From Eledone cirrhosa (Eukaryota), in NCBI GenBank assembly GCA_964016885.1, contig OZ024751.1, positions 36,394,001-36,458,000 on the forward strand: a stretch of 64,000 nucleotides of DNA, given 5' to 3'. Positions within the stretch are counted from its first letter, which is position 1, and every line of letters begins with the position of its first letter. Of this stretch, positions 1 through 12,883 are shown one piece after another. The notes beneath the pieces are model-generated. The model had not been told where the DNA came from. It did no database searches and was given only the letters and a program-made list of their open reading frames with translations. Both the position numbers and the translations under genes were made by a program.

Positions 1-104
1 CGTCCGAAACGTTGAGACCTTCTTCCTGCTATATCAAGCGTTAACCTAATATATCCCTTCCATATACTGTATTGATTGTGTTGTTTTATCTGTTTATCTT
101 TTAC

Positions 105-200
<96 letters not shown>

Positions 201-205
201 CTATA

Positions 206-427
206 TAGGAAAAGAGTCAGGATCCCGACGGCTGAGCTCCGTTTCGGCAGCTAGATCCAAGCGGTCCACCTGGTTTCTCACGACACTTTCTTTGTCATAT
301 ATATATATATATAGGAACGAGTAGGACCCCGACGGTCCTACTCGTTCCTATTACCCACTCTACTACCCTAAGTATTGAGTACTTTGGTGCGTTATGGTCC
401 ACCTGGTTCCTTACCACATTTCTTCCG

Positions 428-430
<3 letters not shown>
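206..430 (+). mobile_element. Two copies (206-297, 312-430) of a (TA)n-embedded fold-back repeat family (family A)
   Basis: Start taggaa(a)agagt.agga, end ggtccacctggttccttaccaca..ttc.ttcgtta; copy 2 has a perfect 17-bp hairpin at 312-350. Confidence 0.85.
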
Positions 431-482
<52 letters not shown>

Positions 483-714
483 TAACAGATTAAAGTTTAA
501 GCAAAGAATCGCTGCTTTCACCCTTAACGGGATCTTCTGAAACTACCCTATATATATATATAGGTGTGTGAAGCCGTATAAGGCAGTACGTTCGACTCCC
601 AGATATGACAACACATTCAGCATTGTACTTTATTTCACCTTGTTTCAATGCACTCAGCTTGTATAAATGATCTCTACCTGTGTTTTCAAAGACCAGAATT
701 TTTTTGTACACTAT

Positions 715-852
715 GTCGTGCTGAATCTCCCTGAGAACTACGTTAAGTGTTCAGGTGTTTGTGAAACGCTTGGTCACTTGCACTTTAATTTCTTGAGTAA
801 CCATTTCCATTGTTTGTATCAACTGGAACACTCGTCGTCGGAAATGATAGTG
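715..852 (+). repeat. Dispersed repeat (partial reverse copy 21660-21712)
   Basis: ctgaatctccctgagaactacgttaag at 721 versus cttaacgtaattctcaggaagattcag at ~21682. Confidence 0.65.
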
Positions 853-874
853 GATATATATATATATATATAGT

Positions 875-974
<100 letters not shown>

Positions 975-1050
975 CTGAGGCGGGTACAATTCCCGAGATC
1001 CATGGACGAGTTCTCTCCAGCGGTCTCCGTCCCTCATTATCGCTGCCATA

Positions 1051-1052
<2 letters not shown>
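975..1052 (-). mobile_element. Extreme 3' end of an RTE-clade LINE in (TA)n
   Basis: Encodes [26 protein letters not shown]; nearly identical to 60574-60635. Confidence 0.85.
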
Positions 1053-1097
<45 letters not shown>

Positions 1098-1203
1098 GTG
1101 TGTGTGTGTGTGTGTATTTTTACATTTATGTTTATTATAAAGCCACTCACCGCTCACGCGCATACAGAAAATGTGTGTGTATGGTGTGGTGTGACGTATA
1201 TAT

Positions 1204-1452
1204 CAGGGACGGTGGAAGCATTTCTGAAATAAGGGTTCAAAATTTGGACAATTTATTTGCAGTGATCAGAGTTTAGCTCTTTGCACTCTAAAATGGTCAG
1301 AAAACTTCGATATTCGATAAACGTAACATGTACATAAATTGTAGCGCATATCCAAATAGATATGTGTTTTGGTAGTTTGGAGAGAAAATATAATTATTGG
1401 AGGAGGGCATGACCCTCCCCACCCACCCACACACACACATCCTCCATCCCCG
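1204..1452. mobile_element. Diverged copy of the 47297-47515 MITE
   Basis: Shares gaagcatttctgaa, gtttagc.ctttgcactctaaaatgg.cagaaaac, taacatgt.cataaat..tagcgcatat. Confidence 0.7.
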
Positions 1453-1877
1453 CCTCAGTCCTACCACCATTGTTTGCACCCTTTCCGAACCTACACTATA
1501 CAACTACTGATTTCCCAAGCCCGCTCTATCCATTATTACCACACCTTCTATTATTTACGACCCGGGAGTGCCACCAAACTCTCCTCCCCTATATGTCGAT
1601 ACCACAAAACTCTCTTTTAATCTTCCTCTCTATATCTACTAAAACCAAACACTACCCCTTTCTATATCAATCACAACACCGCCTCTCTTATCTCACTCTC
1701 TATATCTAACACTAATATACTCTCTCACTCTCCATAAATATCTACTCTTAGTAGAGTACTCCGGATTTTACTAAGTTATACACAGGCAGAAATCAATATA
1801 ACTGTGTATATAAATAAATATATATATAAATTATTTATATATATATAAATTATATATATATATATAAGTTATTCCGG

Positions 1878-1926
1878 GCTTCCTGATGATTTCTCACGAA
1901 TGAAACAGTTCTAGCTCTGTAGAAGC
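1878..1926 (+). ncRNA. Type I hammerhead ribozyme motif
   Basis: GCTTC-CTGATGA-tTTC tcac GAAt-GAAA-CAG ttctagct CTG-TA-GAAGC: 5-bp stem I, intact core, GUA cleavage triplet. The stem II closing pair is a U-U mismatch. Confidence 0.75.
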
Positions 1927-2188
1927 TTTTCTCTATATATATATAGAGTGGGGGGACATTGCGTTTGCGTGGGTGGATGTTTGTACCTTATGTACAGGAC
2001 AAATAAATGCACATATATGCAGTTTCAAGTATATTCATAATTTGTTTGAGACTGTGCATGTCTTCATGTATATTGGTGTTCATGCATACATAATAAACAA
2101 TTGCAGCCATGACACACACATACCCACACACACCCATACATACATACATACATACATACATACATACATACATACATACATACATACA

Positions 2189-2383
<195 letters not shown>

Positions 2384-2419
2384 AACACATTCACGCACAC
2401 ACGCACACATACACACATG

Positions 2420-2458
<39 letters not shown>

Positions 2459-2528
2459 ACATATATATATATACATATATATATTATATATATATGCATA
2501 TAAATATATATATATATTTATACATACA

Positions 2529-2583
<55 letters not shown>

Positions 2584-2626
2584 GCATATATATATATGCA
2601 TATATATATATATATGCATATAAATA

Positions 2627-2738
<112 letters not shown>

Positions 2739-2875
2739 TATAAATATATATATATATGCATATAAATATATATATATATATGCATATAAATATATATATA
2801 TATATATTTACATATATATATATATGCATATAAATAAATATATATATATATATATAAATATATATATATATATGC

Positions 2876-2918
<43 letters not shown>

Positions 2919-3447
2919 TATATATATATATATAAATATACATATATAATGTGTGTGTGTGTATAAATATATATATATATATATATTGCTAAGTCTGTAT
3001 ATACATATATACATACATATATATATAAACATACGCACTTAAATACATAAATATATGCATATAGACATAGACAAACATACATACAGCCACATAGAGATCC
3101 CCATATCCAAATCAGTTGGCAGTATATATTTTATATTCAACATTCACCAACATTTTACATTCAGTCTCTCATACATAAAACATGTTGAGGCATATTTCAC
3201 TTAGAATATATTCCACAAGTTTACCATAACGAATTTCTTTCAACTAGTATTAGGGTTTGTTTTTAACAAGATAAATCATTTTCACTATATATTTGTGTGT
3301 ATATATAGATATATATGTGTAGATATATATATATATATATGTGTGTGTGCGTGTGTGAGAGTATGTGTGTGTGTGCGTGTATATATATATATGTGTGTGT
3401 GCGTTAGTGGGTCTGCATGTGGGCGTATGTGTGTTCATATACATATG

Positions 3448-3515
<68 letters not shown>

Positions 3516-3633
3516 GATATATATATTCATTCATGTCTGCATACATATATTATATATACATATATATATATGTGTGTGTGTATATACTCCATATATATGT
3601 ATATATATGTTCTCGACCATGCATAGGAACAAC

Positions 3634-3675
<42 letters not shown>

Positions 3676-3685
3676 CATACTCAGG

Positions 3686-3746
<61 letters not shown>

Positions 3747-4640
3747 TCAGGTATACATACACAAACACACACTCACACGCTCACAAACCGACATACACAT
3801 ATAAGATACACTACGTAGTTATACCATGTTTTAACCGACTGAAGCTTCTCTTCTCTCCAAACATATGTTGTCCGCCATATTTGCATATTTTTCTCCAGCA
3901 ATCATGGCGGCTTCTGATTCTTTCATGTGTAAGTTTCCACAGACATCCATGTGTTTTAAGATAGACGTGCGCACGCATGCACTATCATACATATACACAC
4001 ATATACCCAATTACATATGTACATACACATACACGGATTAACAAACACATATATGAATGTGTCTGCGCTTATATTTTTTTATCTGTATATATATATATAT
4101 ATATATATATAATATGCTGATTACATATATATATATACACACATAAATTAGGAGAGATTTGTATATATATATTTGTGTGTGTCTGTATTCATATATGTAC
4201 TTTACTATATAGTACATAGTAGGTATACGTGAGTATGTATAAATGTGAATATATATGTGGATGAATGTATATGCCCATATACAGACATGCGTATATACCT
4301 ACATACATATACAAACAATGCATATATACATGAATCCATATATATGGATTTGGCGTATGTGTGGGGGTGTATGTGTGTGCATATATATATACATATATAC
4401 ACACACATATATATATATAGAGAGAGAGGGAGAGAGAAAAGCGATTTGTATATTCGTCAGTGAGGCGACAGTTTTACAGCTTTCCACGGCGATAATTTGA
4501 TTAAATCATAAGAAATAGGATTTTAGTTTGACCGAGTTTGTCTGTTAAAATATCGTTCAGAAGTTTAACTCAAAACTTCCTGTACCACATGAAGCCGTAT
4601 TAACGAGACTTTTGTGGTACAACATATCATTATGGTCTCT

Positions 4641-4790
4641 TGGCAGTATCGGTAGAGAGTTGGACGCCATGTTTTCTAGTTCAATTCCCATCGAGGTTAA
4701 CTTTGCCTTTCATCCTTACGGGGTCGATAAATTAAAGTACCAGTAATGTACTGGGTAATTGCTGGCCTTGTGCCAAAGTAGAAACAATTA
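4641..4790 (+). mobile_element. Same SINE family, internally deleted
   Basis: Matches 21362-21556. Confidence 0.85.
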
Positions 4791-5074
4791 TGGTCTCGTC
4801 ATTTAAAATAGTCATTAAAGCTTTTACTGTAAACCTGCGTCCACGACGGTCTGCCCAGTAGTAACTATAATACAAACATATGAATTAACAAATCACATAA
4901 AAACGCATTAATAGAACATTCTTACGAAGTACAAAACTGCACTAAGATTGCTTCATATTAAATATTCATAGGTTTACTCAAATATAGCGAAGTTTCCAAA
5001 CGATCCGACCACTGGTAATAATACGATAACTATTTGAATGAAGAAAACAGTTTTTAGAAATGTTCTTCTAAATT

Positions 5075-5215
5075 ATTTCATTACAGCATGTTAGTTTAAC
5101 GCTTGAAATAGAAGGAAGAGAGCCATAACGTTTCGGAGATTAGTCTTTCATCAGAAGATGGAGTTAGAAATAGAACATAAATAGAAAGTAAAGATTGGAA
5201 ATAGGAATGAACGGG
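5075..5215 (-). repeat. Dispersed repeat with CTGATGA..CGAAACGT HHR-like core (family B)
   Basis: ctgatgaaagactaatctccgaaacgt...tcaagcgttaaactaa; related pieces at 1-60 (+), 25765-25850 (+), 38020-38060 (-), 58780-58850 (+). Confidence 0.65.
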
Positions 5216-5299
5216 GAACATAAGAAACAAATTGGGGAGAAAAAATACACACACACATATTTATATATATATAAAGATATATATATATATATATATATA

Positions 5300-5614
5300 T
5301 AGGAACCAGTAAGACCCCGACAGCTGAGCTCAAGCCGTTTCGACGGCTAATTCTGGACTAAATGAAAATTTATCCTGGTATTTAAATAGCCGATCTTCTC
5401 AAGGGGTAATTCCATATATGGTCAAAGTGATTGTCAAAAATCAGTAGTAATTCTGTGGTTGCAAATTAGTAGGGGAGATGGTGGCTAAACCTGCCAGTAG
5501 GAGAAAGAGGGGAGGGGGTGGAGTAGACCCAATCAAGCGTTGGTAGTGCCAGCTACAGCTGGGCATGAGGTCAAAGAAGATACAGGGGAGGGGTTCCTTA
5601 CCACATTTCCTTCG

Positions 5615-5617
<3 letters not shown>
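5300..5617 (+). mobile_element. Family A copy with long inverted arm and short tail
   Basis: Starts taggaaccagtaagaccccgacagctgagctc, ends ggttccttaccacatttccttcgtta; (TA)n both sides. Confidence 0.75.
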
Positions 5618-5687
<70 letters not shown>

Positions 5688-6040
5688 CACATATATATAT
5701 ACGTGTGTCTGTGTGTGTGTATGTGTTTGTGTATGCACGTACTTGAGTGTGTGGTGTGTACGTGTGCACATATGTATGTAGTATATGGGTGTGTGTGTGA
5801 ATGTAGGTGTCATCGTGTGTGTGTGTGTGTGTGTGTGTTTGTCTGTGTATGTGTGAGTGTGTTTGTGTGTGAGGGTTTTCATTCTAATCTCATCATTTCA
5901 TCATATACAACCTTTTGAAATAAGTCTCAGTTTCCATGACAACTAACAGTTGTCAATATCATCGATGATGATTCCAGCATGATTCACAGAATATTTAATA
6001 CAACAATCAAACTCTATCTATGGCGTTGGTGTTGTAGTAG

Positions 6041-6099
<59 letters not shown>

Positions 6100-6284
6100 G
6101 GTGGTGGTGGTGGTGGTGGTGATGGTGGTGGTGATGATGATGATGTTGATGTTGTTGTTGTTGGTGTTGTTGTTGCTCTTTTATAGATAATAAACAAACA
6201 CCGGGTAATTAGTACTATCACATCTGATGATGATATATAAAATTTTATATACCACGTATATATACATGTGGATATATATAGGTT

Positions 6285-6410
<126 letters not shown>

Positions 6411-6643
6411 GTATATATGTATATATATATATGTATATATGTATATATGTATATATGTATATATGTATATATGTATATATGTATGTATATATGTATATAT
6501 ATGTATATATGTATATATATATATATATATATGTATATATTTATATATATATATATGATTATATATATATATGTATATATATATATGTATATATATATAT
6601 GTATATATATATATACATATATATATATGATTATATATATATG

Positions 6644-6678
<35 letters not shown>

Positions 6679-6830
6679 ACATATATATATATGATAATAT
6701 ATATATGTATATATGTATATATATATATGATTATATATATATATATATGTATATATATGTATATATATATATAAATATATATATACATATATATATATGT
6801 ATGTATACATGTATATATATATAGTATATA

Positions 6831-6863
<33 letters not shown>

Positions 6864-6895
6864 ATATATATAGTATATATGTATATATATATATA

Positions 6896-6961
<66 letters not shown>

Positions 6962-8063
6962 ATATATATAAACTCCTCATTAGAGCAACAAAGCAACAAA
7001 CAATGTCGTTATGTATAAGACGTGTTTTTATTACGTTATTAATTTTACTGGTCTTTAGTCGTTGGACGGCGGCCATGTTGCGGCCATTGTTTTTAATGCT
7101 TTGGTCTATTAACCAAAATGTGAACCACTTTAGAAGAAAATGGTGATTAGTTCGCGTGATCTCGTTTTCCATGCGAGCTAATGACTAATTTGTTCCGCTA
7201 TGGAGGTATATATGACCTAATATTAGACGATATACTGGAGTCTGTATACAGGGAAAGTCTCTCATTCTATTATCAATATTCAGCAACGTATACTAATTCA
7301 CATGTGCTTATTGTATGTATATATATATATATATATTATATATACATGCATACACACACACACACACATACATACACACACACACACACATATATATATA
7401 CATATATATATGTATATATATATGTATGTATATATATATATATATATATATCTTCCCCCTACAATAAATGGAAGAAGAAGAAGAAGAAGAAGAAGAAGAA
7501 GAAGAAGAAGAAGAAGAAGAAGAAGAAGAAGAAGAAGAAGAAGAAGAAGAAGAAGAAGAAGAGGTGGTGGTGGTTGTGGTGGTGGTGGTGCTGGTGCTGG
7601 TGCTGGTGCTGGTGCTGGCACATTATTTATTTGGACTGTGAAAGAATGAAAAACAAAAGGATTTGAACAGTGAGCTCAGAGATCCAGAACGGTTTCTATA
7701 TAAAGCACTCCTATGACATCATAATGACTCTCCATATTGCTGCCTCGTTTCTATACATGGATTCCATAAAAGATTGAAAAACAAAATTATAAATATATAT
7801 TTAAAAAAAAAGCTCTCTTCTTCACAGAAACAAATTCATTCGACTGACATTTACGATACTTCTAATAATTGATGCCGTAAAAATGGTGAATTGAGCAGCA
7901 TTTATTGCTGTGAATATTAGATAAATAAATAAATACAATAAAAATAATAAAGAAAGAAGGAAAGAAAGAAAGAAAAATAGAGAAACGAATAAAAGAGTAA
8001 ATAAAAAAAAATATGATCGTTAGAACTGAAAAAGAACAACACATTTCCTGTTTTTTTCTCCAA

Positions 8064-8101
<38 letters not shown>

Positions 8102-8221
8102 TAATAATAATAATAAAATAATAGGAATTGAACTGATTAATATATGTGTATATATATATATATATACATACATACATAGGTATACACATATATATATATA
8201 TATATATATGTAGATATATAC

Positions 8222-8291
<70 letters not shown>

Positions 8292-8295
8292 TTGA

Positions 8296-8418
<123 letters not shown>

Positions 8419-8659
8419 ATGAATAACCATTTGTTTATTTGCTTTCTTTCTGGAAGTATCATATACATTTGAGAAAAAATTTAAATTATATTATTTTAAA
8501 AGGAGAAAAAATTTACTGAGAAATATGATAAAACATACGAAAAAACTAGTCAATATGATATAGTATTGGTCGTATAGAAAACAGGGAGAGAGAGAGAGAA
8601 AGAGAAAGAGAGGGGGGGGGGTTAAATGGACAGGTAGACTATTATATAGATAGATAGAC

Positions 8660-8718
<59 letters not shown>

Positions 8719-8816
8719 GAGAGAGATAGATAGAAAGTTGGATAGATATAGATACATAGATATGTTTCTTTTATTTGCCACTAGGGCATCACATAGATAG
8801 ATAGATAAATATATGG

Positions 8817-8890
<74 letters not shown>

Positions 8891-9107
8891 CAGTTACTAG
8901 TGTTATTTCAAGACATGTCTCGACAGAATCATGTTACTAGGGTAGGAGAAACAAAACACAAAATGGCGAAAGAAAATTGATATATTCAAGAATTAATACA
9001 ATAAATATAAAAAAAACTATCAAAAATCAAATCAACATAAACAGGAGGGAAGATGGAATGGAATTCCTGTAAAGAAGGAATAGAGACTATAATATTAAAA
9101 GATTTAA

Positions 9108-9166
<59 letters not shown>

Positions 9167-9427
9167 TTTCTTTATTAACCACAAGGGTTTACATAAAGTA
9201 GACATTAAGGACAGTGCAGGACAATGCAGGACGGTACAAATGGGCATTTCTGCGTGTAAAAAAAACAAAAACAGAGGATGTAACAAAAATAACAATGAAA
9301 ATAACAATGAAAAATTCCCCAATAGGGGGGAGACTTCGGAGGGACATTTGTGGAGAAAGCCCAGTAAAAAGCCACAATGACCCTGACCACCAAGGCAAGT
9401 GCCCTCTCCCAGTTTTCCACCTTTAGT

Positions 9428-9784
9428 TTACAGATATATACTCAGAGTCGGCCCATTCACTCGGGCCATTCTTGCTTCTCTCACCCATCTTTCAACAAAA
9501 TGCTGGGAAGAGAGCACTTCCCTCTCTACTCTGATTTTCCTTTTCAAATGAAATTTGAAAAAGTCAATCAGAGCATCACCGAAGAGGTAAGTGCTCGTCT
9601 TCAGCCCTTTCAAACGTGTCCACCATACTATCTCTTTCGCCATGGCCACCAGACAGATAAAAACTGCCTGCCCTTCCCGGCTAAAGGAGGAGGGCGGGGC
9701 AATCCTCACGATGGACTCAGATGATAGCTGGATCCGTCCTAAACGCGACAGCAGGTGTTCGACATAAACCCACAAGTCAGCAAT
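9428..9784 (-). pseudogene. Frameshifted C-terminal continuation of ORF2
   Basis: Removing one base from the T5 run at 9784-9788 reads ...LVQCPK-IADLWVYVEHLL...EIVWWTR...FVERW...SIYL*, a typical L1/Tx1 post-zinc-finger tail, giving 1139 aa. Confidence 0.85.
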
Positions 9785-12700
9785 TTTTCGGACACTGGAC
9801 GAGTGCGTGCAGGACGGTTTCGTCGCCCTGCGCGCATCTCGGACATGCCCGGCTGACGGCACCTCCATGCCTGTAGAGTTTATCCCGAACTGGCAAGGCT
9901 CCTCGGTAGCACTGCCAGGCCAGAGATTTCTGGAAGTTGTCCATAGGCCCTGGCCCGAAAGTTCTTCCGAAGAGATTGGCTAGTTGATTTTCGTCGACGC
10001 CTAGAGTTTCCCCAAGTACGTCGTCGCTCTTCCCCTCCACTAATCCTCTATAGAACGCCGAGGTGGAGTTTCCACCGATCACATTGCCCGATTGGTCGAG
10101 GGCTGTGAGCGCCTGAAGACATTCCAGTCTCCAGGCGCTCCCTCTCGGTCTTCGCTTGACCCAGGACTGCAGCTCCGTCAAGGAAACGAGCTGGGGAAAA
10201 ACGCGTCTAGCAAACGGCGACCACACCTGATCACCGTCGAGGAAGAGGTGGAGATGTCGTAGCCTGAGCGCGTGCCTGCGCATCATCAGCCACGGCATGC
10301 CCAGCCCTCCACGTAGCGGGTGTTGACAACAGATGGACCGCCTGACCATCGGAGCACGTCCCTTCCACAAAAAGCGAAAGAGCAAACGCTCCAGCGCAGT
10401 CAGGCGAGGCTTAGGACAAGGTACGACGGTTAGGCGGTAGCAGATGACAGACGCGATGTACGCGTTAGCCACCTCCGCTCGACCTTTCAGGGATAGCTTC
10501 CTCTCCGCCCATTTCTGGGTGAGAGAAGCCACCCTGCTCGTCACCTCGTCCCAGTTTTTGTCCGTCTGGAGGTCCGGACCGAACCAGACCCCTAGCAATT
10601 TAACCGGTCCGTCCGTCCAGCGCCCGACGACGCTGTTGGACGGCATGGACCTGCCTCTCCAGGTGCCGAGCTGCAGGCCCACTGACTTTTCCTGGTTGAT
10701 CATTGCTCCTGTCACCGCTTCGTATTCTCTTAGTGTAGTGCCGATCGCCTCGATGTGTTTGGCGTTCGACACCACTACGGTGACATCGTCCGCATATGCT
10801 GACACGGATCTTCCGCATCCTAGTTCGCGCGGGACTCCCCTCAACGTCTCCAGTTTGTGCAGTAATGGCTCGAGAGTCAATACGTACAAGAGGGACGAGA
10901 GGGGACATCCTTGGCGGACCGAGCGCATGATGTTGAACGGTTCCGACAGGTGACCGTTCACTCTCACCACAGAGCAGATGTCGCTGTGCATGGCAGCGAT
11001 CCAGCCTCTGAAGACGGGCCCAAAGCCAGCCGCCCTCAGGACTGCCGCTAGGTAACGATGGTCGACCCTATCGAAAGCTTTCGACTGATCTAAATTGATC
11101 AAGGACCCACCCGTGCCAGGTTCCCTAGCTACCCTCTCTACGATGTATCGCATGAGGTGGAGGTTGTCGTGGATGGATCTGTCGGGAATGGCGCATGTCT
11201 GCGCCTCTCCCACCAGACCACCAACGACAAGCGCCAACCTCTTTGCTAGCACCTTGGCCAAAATCTTAAACTCTGTGTTTAGCAGAGTTATGGGCCGGAA
11301 ATTGTCTATGTTATCCCCCTTGTTCGGATCCTTTCTCAGCAGTGCCACCGCTCCTCGGCTCACAGAACTGGGAATTCTCCCGTTCTGTTGCCAGTTGCAG
11401 TAGACGTCCGCCAAGAGGCCTCCGAACAAGTCTGGCATCTGTACGTAAAGTTCATAGGGCAGACCATCCAAACCAGGCGATTTACCCCTTGTGCAGCCAG
11501 TCATTGCCTCCCGTACTTCAGCGGCTGTTATCGGCTTTTCGCAACACCTCGCCTCAGTGGCCGAGAGCCGCGGCAGCCCGTCGAGGTAGACACTAAAGTC
11601 CATCCCTCTACCCGGCCCCCCGCTGCCCCCGAACAGCTGAGCGAAGTGTCGCTGAAAAGCTTCACACATTTGCCCGGGATCGAGTAGCATGCGCCCGTCG
11701 TGGTCCACCAAAGACCGGATCGTGGCTTTGTTGCCACGACGCGCCTCCGCCACTCGGGCCCATTGAACGGCTTTCGTCCCCTCGTGTCTGAGAGCACGCA
11801 CCCTAGCTCTGACAACGCAGCCTTCGTGCTTTGCATTGAAGAATTGGTCAAGGGCCAATTTCGCCGCAAGCACGTCGGTCGCAATGCCTTTGCTAAGCGC
11901 CTCGTCTAATTTTCTAACTAGTTCTCCCTCTGCTCTATTTTTCTCTATTGCTAAAGCCTTACTAAACCTAATCGATTCTATTCTAATCGCTCTTTTCAGA
12001 GCAAACCACCACTTGTTGTTGACGATGGCCCCCGTCAACGCCCGCTTAACTAGTTCGCTAATCCGGTCTCTGTAGGCCTTGCGCGCTGGTAAGGACGCGT
12101 TTAGCTTCCAGTAGCCGGGTCCTCGTCTATGAAGCCTATCTAAGTCAAGCACACAGATCACGAATTTGTGGTCCGTGTAGCTGACTATCTTGAATTGTGG
12201 ACAGCCTATGCTAGACCTATCTATTTCCCTACAAAATACTCTATCTAGATATGATCTGGATGACCCTATGCGGTTTGTCCAAGTCCACATTGGCACATTC
12301 GGGAAATCCAATCGGTACCTGTCAGACAGTTCAAAACGCCTGAGCAGGTTGGTGAGGCTCTTGCACCCTCCACCCCTATCCGCTAATCCCACACAGTCCC
12401 AGCGTGCATCTAAGATCCCGTTCCAGTCGCCCACTAACACTAAAGAGCGGGACGTTCCAAGAAAGGTCTCCAGACGCCGGAAGAAATCAGGCCGCCCTGC
12501 TCCTGTCGGGGCATAGACGGCCACTAGCCTGAAAGCTTGCCCGTCTCCGCTGGTCACGTCCAGCACCACCAGCTTACCCTCTGGGTCCAGGAAGATGGCC
12601 CGTATGGCGAGATCCAAACCTCTCCGAAAAAGTACAGCAACTCCTCCACCGGATCCAGGACGGCTGGGAGATGCGTACACATCGTAGCCGCCGAAGATCG

Positions 12701-12848
12701 GTGCGAAGGCCCGTGCTTCGGAGATTCTGGTCTCGCTGATGGCCACTACATCTATGTTTAGTGACCTGAGGTCGTTGAGCAGGTGACCCTGCTTCCATGA
12801 CGACCCCAAGCCACGCGCATTTATGCTGCCTATTCTGAGTGAGGTCAT
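9777..12848 (-). CDS. ORF2: APE endonuclease + reverse transcriptase + CCHC zinc finger
   Basis: EN motifs INARGL, SETR, VYAP, GDWN, YLDR, TDHK; RT motifs KSPGLDG, FRPITLLN, SKAFDRVDH, RQGCPLS, YADD; C-terminal CPRC...ETVLHALVQC. Confidence 0.96.
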   Translation of the reverse strand: MTSLRIGSINARGLGSSWKQGHLLNDLRSLNIDVVAISETRISEARAFAPIFGGYDVYASPSRPGSGGGVAVLFRRGLDLAIRAIFLDPEGKLVVLDVTSGDGQAFRLVAVYAPTGAGRPDFFRRLETFLGTSRSLVLVGDWNGILDARWDCVGLADRGGGCKSLTNLLRRFELSDRYRLDFPNVPMWTWTNRIGSSRSYLDRVFCREIDRSSIGCPQFKIVSYTDHKFVICVLDLDRLHRRGPGYWKLNASLPARKAYRDRISELVKRALTGAIVNNKWWFALKRAIRIESIRFSKALAIEKNRAEGELVRKLDEALSKGIATDVLAAKLALDQFFNAKHEGCVVRARVRALRHEGTKAVQWARVAEARRGNKATIRSLVDHDGRMLLDPGQMCEAFQRHFAQLFGGSGGPGRGMDFSVYLDGLPRLSATEARCCEKPITAAEVREAMTGCTRGKSPGLDGLPYELYVQMPDLFGGLLADVYCNWQQNGRIPSSVSRGAVALLRKDPNKGDNIDNFRPITLLNTEFKILAKVLAKRLALVVGGLVGEAQTCAIPDRSIHDNLHLMRYIVERVAREPGTGGSLINLDQSKAFDRVDHRYLAAVLRAAGFGPVFRGWIAAMHSDICSVVRVNGHLSEPFNIMRSVRQGCPLSSLLYVLTLEPLLHKLETLRGVPRELGCGRSVSAYADDVTVVVSNAKHIEAIGTTLREYEAVTGAMINQEKSVGLQLGTWRGRSMPSNSVVGRWTDGPVKLLGVWFGPDLQTDKNWDEVTSRVASLTQKWAERKLSLKGRAEVANAYIASVICYRLTVVPCPKPRLTALERLLFRFLWKGRAPMVRRSICCQHPLRGGLGMPWLMMRRHALRLRHLHLFLDGDQVWSPFARRVFPQLVSLTELQSWVKRRPRGSAWRLECLQALTALDQSGNVIGGNSTSAFYRGLVEGKSDDVLGETLGVDENQLANLFGRTFGPGPMDNFQKSLAWQCYRGALPVRDKLYRHGGAVSRACPRCAQGDETVLHALVQCPKNC

Positions 12849-12883
12849 GTTTAAAATAGAGTGGAAAAGATGGGAAAGACCAC

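Noticed and set aside
497-545. HHR-like motifs at 497-545, 39855-39915 and 42850-42900 as standalone ribozymes
   Set aside because: Core substitutions and missing stem I pairing; counted only as weak support for the window-wide pattern.
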